Shown piece after piece: positions 53,429 to 64,000 of a stretch of DNA of 64,000 nt (its first letter is position 1; the number at the start of each line of letters is the position of its first letter). Location: assembly GCF_009914755.1 (NCBI RefSeq), contig NC_060937.1; one strand, 5' to 3'. Origin of the DNA: the human T2T-CHM13v2.0 reference genome, Homo sapiens. The notes beneath the pieces were generated by a model, which searched no databases, was not told where the DNA came from, and saw only the letters and a list, made by a program, of their open reading frames with translations. The translations under genes were made by a program, and so were the position numbers.

Positions 53429-55689
53429 GAAATGCAACACAGTTGGGGAATAAATTATTAGGGATTTGGTTATAAATCATGTTATTGATTAACATATTAT
53501 CAGTTATCCTTTCCCCCAGTAGCCATCAAATTTGCACTAAATTCTCTTGCTCTGTTCTTCCACAGTCATTTTAATTTGGGATAATCAAGTGTCACAGACC
53601 TATTGACTACTACAACCATTCTATTTGTAGTCATTAAAAATATTGAAAAGAAAATAGAATCATCGCTCTGTAAATAGAAAACCACACCAGGAAATTGCTC
53701 TCATTCAAAAAACACTGCTAATATGAGAAACAACTAAAAGCACTGACACAAGTTCTCAGGCTCTGAGAAAAAATGTAAGTAGATGAGAGCTCATGGTCCA
53801 AGTCAGAAATAAAAACCCCAGGCATTTGTATGAACTCAGGAAAATCAGACATGCTGCTTATTAAGAAATGTAATATGGAAACTCTTCATTGCTATTTAAT
53901 TCTATTTTTAATGCATTTCATAGGATTCTTGTTTCATAGCTTTGGCCGTATGAGGCCATGTAGTTTAATATAGACTGGAAAAGAGTCAGATGCTTTACCT
54001 ATAGGATGACAAGTAGTTAGACATTTCAGATACAAATCATTAATTAATGGATATTTGACCCATGTAGACCAATACTGTTACTTTCCTTAGCCTATCTAGA
54101 CAATTGTAAAACAATGTATGCAGAGAAAGAAGCAATGTAAATTGCTAGGTACATAGTTTCTTTAATATTAATAAATTTTAAGAATATTTGTCAAAATCAA
54201 TATCATCCTTTTCTTTTGCTATCTACCAGAGCTCTTGTAAGATGAAATGCAGACAAGAGCATGCCAGGGACCCAGCTTGTTGGGAAGCTTCTGATTCTCC
54301 ATTAAATAGGTCCATTTAATGTGGACCATAGGACTTCACATTGGTCTCCTTTAATATGTTGGATTGTTTCTTTAGTGTATGCCCCTGAGCCTGAGGAGTT
54401 TATAAATGATCTTCTGAATAGGAAAAAATGGGAGATTCAACTTTCGTATGCTGTAGTCTGATTTCCTAAGAGGCAGGTATTTAATTTTGCTGAAGTGTCC
54501 TGATCCACATTATTTGACTAAATGAGAAAGCAAAATATTTGACGGGACAATAAGAGTATTATATATATATTATTTCTTGACATTTTGCACTGATTTGGGA
54601 TTACATCTGCAATTTTTTGCTCAATATAGTCAGTATGTATATTGTGTGGGGCTACACCCATAGAAATAAATTTATATACCCATGATCCTAAGAGAAGTCT
54701 GAAGCCGTTAGCAGTCTACATGAATGCATGATGACTGCAGTAACATATATTTATCCCACAAGTGAGGAGAGAATTGATTACTCTAGAGAACTAAAGCCAT
54801 AACTAATTCACAGAGACTCTTTCTTATGATGAGGATAAATATTCTGTGTCGTTCTGACCCATAAAATATACTGTTTTTATAGCAGACTCATTGTAATAAT
54901 TCATCTTAAATGTCTTATGGACATATTTTCCTATGATTTCCAAATAGGAATCATTGGACGTTCTTGTTTTCAAAATAAGTTTAGGGATTAAAAATAATAA
55001 GTAGCTTTAAGTAACATTGTTATACTTGCTTCAGAAATAAAGAGATATAATGTTGTGTACATTATATGTTCCCTTCTTGATATTTATCAAAAATAACTTA
55101 TTGGTGCACATTCACGGGTATTTTGCATATTCACAGTTATTCATGGGTATTTTTTGCATATTATGGCTTGCTTCAGAAACTGAAGGTGTATATAGGAGAC
55201 TCTATTTGCAAATGAACAAATAGGCAATAAGCTAATCCCCCAGTGTGACATTTTACTTCAGGTAAAAATTACTTCCTATTTCTTCTCATCTACTGCTGCG
55301 CCAATTTGAAACTAGTTTTTTATTAAAAGGTAAAGGTATTTGCTTACTTTTATAAATGCATTGACACTTTTTTGAGTCTATTATAAAAGTTTGCTATTTT
55401 ATCTTTTTTTATTGGAAGGCTGATGGAAGATAGGAGTACACTGAGGATCTTGGGACCGGGCTCTTATGAAAGGGTTAGAACAAACCATTTTGCTTTTGGT
55501 TGATGTAAATTATCAGGTGGCTTAGAACATATTTGTGTCTTGTATATTATGTTTAATGTTGGCAAGAAGGAAAGATTAAAGTATGATTTTAAATGGCATG
55601 AGTTAGAAATGTTGGTGTTGATATTTTCTTAGACTTGTGGACTTCACTTAATTCTTAGCCAGCATTAGAATTAATAGAAACTGCAGATA

Positions 55690-55849
55690 CTTGAGGGTAG
55701 AGGGTGGGAGGAGGGAGAGGAGCAGGAAAGATAGCTATTGGCTACTGTGCTTAATACCTAGGTGATGAAATAGTCTGTACATGAGTACATGGGTTTACCT
55801 ATGTAATAAACCTTCACATGTACCCCTGAACCTAAAATAATTGTTAATA
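55690..55849 (+). mobile_element. Very short L1PA16-like 3' end insertion
   Basis: cttaatacctaggtgatgaaata...aaccttcacatgtacccctgaacctaaaataa; exact 14-bp TSD agaaactgcagata at 55676-55689 and 55850-55863. Confidence 0.85.
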
Positions 55850-58621
55850 AGAAACTGCAGATATTCGTTGATATAATGTTCCATATTTACAGATGAAGAC
55901 AATCAGACTCAAATAGGTTAAGCTGCCCAAAGTCACAGAGATAATTCAACATAAATGAAGAAGAAAGCTAAGCAAATAGAGTTTTTATTCTTTTTGTTTA
56001 TTTGAGGGAAATGGGGTAGCAAAGGAAAAAATCAAAGTAGCTGTATGAAATTTTTGAATACGTAGAATTTCTTCACATTTCAGTGTTTAATACATTACTC
56101 TAAAGGGGCAAACATACTATTTTCCTTTATCTAAATGAAGCCAAGATTGTTATAATGTCCAGAAATATAAAGAAAAGGACTGGAAAGATAGATATTAGGT
56201 TCTGCATGGCTAGATTTGGGGTCACTTCAACAAAGACTGGCTTTTTAATAGTATCAGCCCACATCTCCCAGTCCTAGAACCTTGCAGAGCTTCCTGTGGT
56301 TTCGCCTTTGGAGTTCAGTGTTTGGATGGTCACCTTCAGGCTAGTACTTTCTAGGGATCTGAACTTATTGAGCTGAGTCACTTGGTTTGGTCCAAATGGT
56401 CACTTGCAAGGCCGGTTAAAATCTATGTTTCCATCTATCTCTGAATTAGTGGGTGATAGAAAGTAGCCTGGGTGAATTCTTTAATTCTTTTACTTATTGA
56501 CTGTTGACTCTTATTGGCCTTTTTCTGTATATAGCAATAATGCTAATGATAATAATTTCTTTGGAAATACGTGAACCATTCTTAGTCCTCAGAGTATTTC
56601 TACAAGACCATTTATGTTGATTCTCACCATAACAGTTTGAGAGTGTAAACGAAGATATACTGGGGGATATTACAGTCAATAGGTTGAAAGAATTACAAGA
56701 GGTCATTCATTTATTAAGCAGCTGCTAAGCACTGGTCATTGCGTCAGGCAAACTGGTTAATGTTGAAGCCAGGACAGAACCTACAGTCTGTGATCTGGGT
56801 CTCACTTCTCTCAGCCCTTCTCTCCCTTTTCTCTTGCTTCTCTTTCTTTCTGCCCATGCAGTGCAGCAGCTTTCCCTAGGGCCTATTTACCAGGCTTCTG
56901 TTTTAAACTATACATTATTTGTTCTCAGTTCAAGGTTAGCAGATCTTGTCCACATCCCTGTGGGAGAACCTAATAAGCTCAGGTGAAGCGCAGCTCAACA
57001 TTGGGAACAACAGTAAATGTTTGCACCATTAAAGGTACTGAATTGTTCCATGTTATCAACAGCAGCCTTTCAGTCATACTCATCTGAAAAATGAAGCCTC
57101 TCTGAAAATCACCACTTGAACTTATGTCCATGGACTGTGATCACCTGTAGCCCTATCTGTAAGCCATCTGAAGTCCAGTGTCTGTGTTGTATGTGATTTC
57201 ATCTCAGTAGAGTGCAGTTTAGCACCTTATTTTGTCATGTATAGAACTCTAATATATTAAACAAATAATAAAAGTGGAACTCCCTCATAAATGATTTAGA
57301 TATTCTCCTTATATGAAAGGTCTTATAGTAACAGATAATTTGTTCAACAGCAACTGTGTTTTGAATAATGCAGGGAAAGAATGCTTCCTCAATTTTGAAC
57401 TGATGATGAATATATCTGTGAGTGAAAAAGCAATAATAAAAGGTGGATCCTGGATTCTTCTCTATGCCATCTCTAAAATGTAAATGTTTGTTGATTAAAT
57501 GCATCTTATTTGGGAACCAAAAAAAAAAACCAAGCAAATATTGGTTTTCATGAGTCATGTGCTCATATTCCAAATGCAGAATAGAAAGTTTATGGAAAGA
57601 CTCAAATATTGCTGTTTACCTTTATTATGCAAAACACTGTGAGTTGTTTTTTCTTCATTTGTTAATGCAAAAACACTGATTTAAAAAAATGAGACAATGG
57701 AATGAGCAATTATCAAATGGTTTTTGCAAAATGCATTTAAAATCTACTTTTTAAAAATGATTCATTTGAAGCATATTAAAAGGTACACATAATAAATATA
57801 TTATTATACCATTATATAATAATTATACCATTATACTAGTGGCTTCATGCTACGCTTACTATATGAACTGGCAGCAGGGAATAAAAATTTATCTTGGTGC
57901 TTCTTATCTTTTTCTTTTCTGGTAATTTTAAGTCACTTTCTGTTGTTATTCTTTAATAAATAGTCTAGGTAAGCAGCCAGGACTCTCCCAAAGCTGTGTT
58001 TAGGTAGGAAGAATACATGTTACTGACAAAAGTGTCAAGTGAGTTAGTTAAACAAGTCTTGGACATTTCCATCCCCTATTCTATAATCCTCCCCTGGGTG
58101 CCTAGCCCTGTAACCTTATGTGGCTCTCCAGGGGCCTACTTTTAAGACCTTCCCCCAAACCCACTCTTCCAATGCAAACTTTCCTTCCCAAGGCTTTCTG
58201 TGGTCCATTAACCAACATGGGCCTGTTTTCTGACCCTTTTTTTTTTTTTAATTTCATCCTGGACCTAGCTAAAAACTAAGCCTTGTTAATAAGCCAGTGA
58301 TGAGTTCCTGCATTATGCATCCTCAGTAAGACATAAATGTACATTATAGGAAACAGCCTTATGATTTTTATCTTATTTATACTTGCTTTGTGTGTCTATT
58401 TAGGAAAAAAAGATAATATAAGATGGTACGATATTCCCAGTATAACACTATGTATTTCAGGTGACAGAAAGTAGAGTTATGTTTTCCTTTTTAAATGAAA
58501 ATAGAATATTAAAATGAGAGTCAGAGGACCTGAGCCCTACTCTCAGCTCTGCCACTAACAGGCTTTGTAATCTCATACAACTTAATTAGTTATGTATCTC
58601 CCACAAGATTTTTAATTTCTT

Positions 58622-60793
<2,172 letters not shown>

Positions 60794-60824
60794 TAGATTT
60801 TTAATTTCTTAAGGGTAGAACTGA

Positions 60825-61108
60825 AGCACATAATCCCAGTACTGTGGGAGGCCGAGGCAAGAGGATCACTTGAGCCCTGGAGTTCAAGACCAGCCTAGGC
60901 AACATAGCAAGACCCCGTATCTACAAAAAATAAATTTAAAAATTATCTGGATGTAGTTTGTTGCACCTGCAGTCCCAGCAACTCAGGAGTCTGAGATGGG
61001 AGGATTGCCTGAGCCCAAGAGTTTGAGGCTGCAGTGAGCCATGATAGAGCCACTGTGCTCCAGCCTGAACAATAGAGCAAATAGAGCAAAATATCCTGTT
61101 TCAAATAA
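60825..61108 (+). mobile_element. AluJ SINE, slightly 5'-truncated
   Basis: gaggatcacttgagccc and ggaggattgcctgagccca; TSD aagg(g/a)tagaa(c/t)tga at 60811-60824 and 61109-61122. Confidence 0.92.
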
Positions 61109-61509
61109 AAGGATAGAATTGATGTTCATTCATATTTATCTCCAACAGTGATTAGCATAATACCATTTACATAATAGATCTTCAATATACAGATATCTCC
61201 CATGATTTTCAGGCAAATGGAGAATTAAGGTGGACCTTAGGAGAGAAGTCAAAGCCAAAAATGTAAATTTTTGTGTTATCAGCATAGAGGTATAACCTCA
61301 GGACCTTTGAAATGGACAGGCTGAAGGAAGGTGAGAGAGAGCATATGGGAAGTGAAAACATTAAATTCAGGAACTTTGGAGCCACAAAAGTTTAGGGCGT
61401 GGTTGGAAGAAGAAAAGAAAATTAATTAGATTTTAAAGCACAACAATTAAATAGAAAGCAAACCAAGATAGTACAATATGTGGAGGGCAAGAGAGGAGAT
61501 CATTTGGAA

Positions 61510-61993
61510 TGGTGAATCTTTACCGGGACAGTTTTGCCCCCTAGGAACATTCAGCAATGTCTGGAAACAGAAACACAACCCAGTGGGTGTTAATGCCCAC
61601 TGTAGGTAGGGGCCAGGGATGCTGCTAAGCATCCTACATTGAAAAGGGTAGCTCCCACGACCAAGAGTTATCCAGCTATCCTACATTGGAAAGGGTAGCT
61701 CCCACGACCAAGAGTTATCCAGCTATCCTACATTGGAAAGGGTAGCTCCCACGACCAAGAGTTATCCAGCTATCCTACATTGGAAAGGGTAGCTCCCACG
61801 ACCAAGAGTTATCCAGCTATCCTACATTGGAAAGGGTAGCTCCCACGACCAAGAGTTATCCAGCTATCCTACATTGGAAAGGGTAGCTCCCACGACCAAG
61901 AGTTATCCAGCTATCCTACATTGGAAAGGGTAGCTCCCACGACCAAGAGTTATCCAGCTGAAGATGTCAATACTGCCAAGTGTGAGAAATCAC
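61510..61993 (+). mobile_element. MER20 hAT-Charlie element containing an internal minisatellite
   Basis: ttttgcccc...gcaatgtctgga...ggccagggatgctgctaagcatcctaca...atgtcaatactgccaagtgtgagaaa. Confidence 0.88.
61631..61959. repeat. 47-bp minisatellite x7
   Basis: Unit atcctacattggaaagggtagctcccacgaccaagagttatccagct; copies 2-7 identical, copy 1 differs at one base. Confidence 0.98.
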
Positions 61994-61999
61994 AATGTG

Positions 62000-62960
62000 T
62001 AAGGTCATGGTCAACAGTGTTAGATGCCCTAAGAATCTGAGAAAAGGTTACATTATTTGGTAATTAGTGGTGACTTTTTTGAAAAAGTTTCTCTACATTA
62101 TGAAAGGATAACGTTGGTGAAAGTGGGTAGCGAGACAGAGTTTACAAGACATGATGATTTCTGAGAAGTTGGAAAGTAAGGTGGAAGGGTTATTTTGTTT
62201 CTAAGAATCAAAGAGACTTGACCCTGTTTCCATATTAAGAAGAGTTAAGAGAGTGAGGGAAGTGAGGGAGGATGGGAAGGAGAGAGGGAGGGAAAGAGAT
62301 TAAAAGTGTGAAAAAGAGACGAGCAATGCATATTATTTCCTTATAATAATAAGGAAAGTAAAGGTTAAGAGTGCAGAAAAGAGTTGGAGAAGATCGTTTT
62401 GAGGATGAAAAAGGAAGGGATAGGTAAATGAATGGAATTTTAAAATGCAGAGATACTGGAGAAGTTCACAAAAGATGACCTTTCTCAGTGAAGTAGTAAA
62501 GTATAAATGGCCGAGATTAAAAGAGGAGAGATTGGCAACTAGAAAACAAATTGATAGCAGTCTTCCTGGAAGATGGATAAGGAATAGGCTGGTGATGACT
62601 GAAAGTTTTATGGAATGATGTTGAAAACTCAGCTGACTTTGGAAAGCATAAGTAGTGGGTTCAGTCATCACATTTAAAGTGGTTCCTCTAGAAATGCCTA
62701 GTAGACAAAAGAAAAGGAAAGCAAACACAGATGTTCAGCCGGACTAAGGGTGAGGAGTTGGCAAGACCCAACTGTGGTATCAGATCAAGGGCATGAAAGG
62801 AGCAAAAAAAGACGCAGTTGAAAGGGTGCACCGTGTTTTGGGGCCGGGTCATGAGGACTCTCAGCTCAGAGGAAGGGAAGCTGGTAAACTGGGGAACGGA
62901 GGGACTGAAGAAGTGAAAATATTGCAGAGGGCAAATAGCTGATCCAATTTTAGGTGATGA
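62000..62960 (-). mobile_element. Probable degenerate L2 body
   Basis: Purine-rich sequence with L2-like motifs (tggtcaacagtgttagatgc, tggtgactttt); boundaries uncertain. Confidence 0.4.
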
Positions 62961-63204
62961 GGAGAATAAAGTTGTTTCACTGTGGGGAACCTTCTGCAGT
63001 AAAGCGGCATAAAAGTTGCCAGAAAGGAAAAAAATGTCATTTTTCCGGAGTCTCTGTTTTTAAAGTTAGGAACTGTCCTTGCCTTCAGGCATCTTAAAGG
63101 GAAAATATTCTGTGAGTTATTTCTACATTTGCTGGCCTGTGTTGATCATTTTCTTCAGATATTCACAACTCTATAATATGTAAGCAATCCATTCTTTTTG
63201 GGCT

Positions 63205-63405
63205 CAAATATAGACTTAGTCCAGAATCTATACTTCACTCTACTCCTTACTAGATAAATAACCTCAGGCAAGACATTTCACCAACCTTTTTCTTTTTCTA
63301 TTTCTTTCTCTTTTTTTTTTTTTTTTCCACCTGCAAGATGGGACTCATGAGTTCTAGCTTCCGAGGCTGTCCTGAGGATAAATCATGTACAACTATAAAA
63401 TATGT
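63205..63405 (+). mobile_element. MIR fragment
   Basis: acctcaggcaagacatttcacc...cacctgcaagatggg...gaggataaat. Confidence 0.55.
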
Positions 63406-63413
63406 TAGGTTTA

Positions 63414-64000
63414 AAATTAGCAAGAAAAAAACAAACAATCCCATCAAAAAACAGGTTAAGGACATGAATAGACAATTCTCAAAAGAAGATACACAAATGA
63501 CCAGCAAACATGTGAAAAAATGCTCAACATCACTAACGATCAGGGAAATGCAAATCAAAACCACAATGTGATACCACCTTACTCCTGCAAGAATGGCCAT
63601 AATAAAAAAAATTTTAAAAAATAGATGTTGGCATGGATGCAGTGAAAAGGGAACAATGTACACTGCTTGTGGGAATGTAAACTAGTACAGCCACTATGGA
63701 AAACAGTGTGGACATTCCTTAAATAACTAAAAGTAGAACTACCATTTGATCCAGCAATCTCACTTCTGGGTATCTACCCAGAAGAAAATAAGTCATTATT
63801 TACAAAAGATACTTAAACATGCATGTTTATAGTAGCACAATTCGCAACTGCAAAAATGTGGAACCAGCCCAAATTCCCATGAATCAACAAGTGGATGAAG
63901 AAACTGTGGTATATATGTATAATGGAATACTACTCAGCCATAAAAAAGGAATGAATTAATAGCATTCACAGCAACCTGGATGAGATTGGAGACTATTATC
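63414..64000 (+). mobile_element. L1MA2/L1PB-like ORF2 3' fragment, running off the window end
   Basis: Peptide [22 protein letters not shown]...[10 protein letters not shown]; gaactaccatttgatccagcaat. Confidence 0.92.

Noticed and set aside
61631-61959. CRISPR-like array
   Set aside because: Units are head-to-tail with no unique spacers, there are no cas genes, the context is eukaryotic, and the unit derives from MER20

Overview
This window is primate (very probably human) non-coding genomic DNA, AT-rich and CpG-depleted. It has no supportable protein-coding gene, RNA gene, CpG island or CRISPR array. The ORFs in the track are either chance ORFs or decayed translations of Alu, L1 and MaLR repeats. 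Interspersed repeats recognised by eye: 8 Alus plus one free left monomer, several L1 fragments (two with 5' inversions typical of twin priming), a full-length THE1 MaLR provirus with both LTRs and a 5-bp TSD, four solo MaLR LTRs, DNA-transposon fossils (MER85, MER94, MER5A, MER2, MER82, MER53, MER33, MER20), and many MIR/L2 remnants. Subfamily names come from recalled consensus sequences and need RepeatMasker/Dfam confirmation. I found no evidence of a new multi-gene system. The most notable structures are a near-perfect 7x47-bp minisatellite inside an ancient MER20, an L1PA and an AluJ inserted in opposite directions at the same TT|AA position, two twin-primed L1s of very different age, a templated-insertion scar at 52.4-52.5 kb, a neighbouring 24-bp hairpin-containing triplication, and a MER85 with a clipped left terminus.
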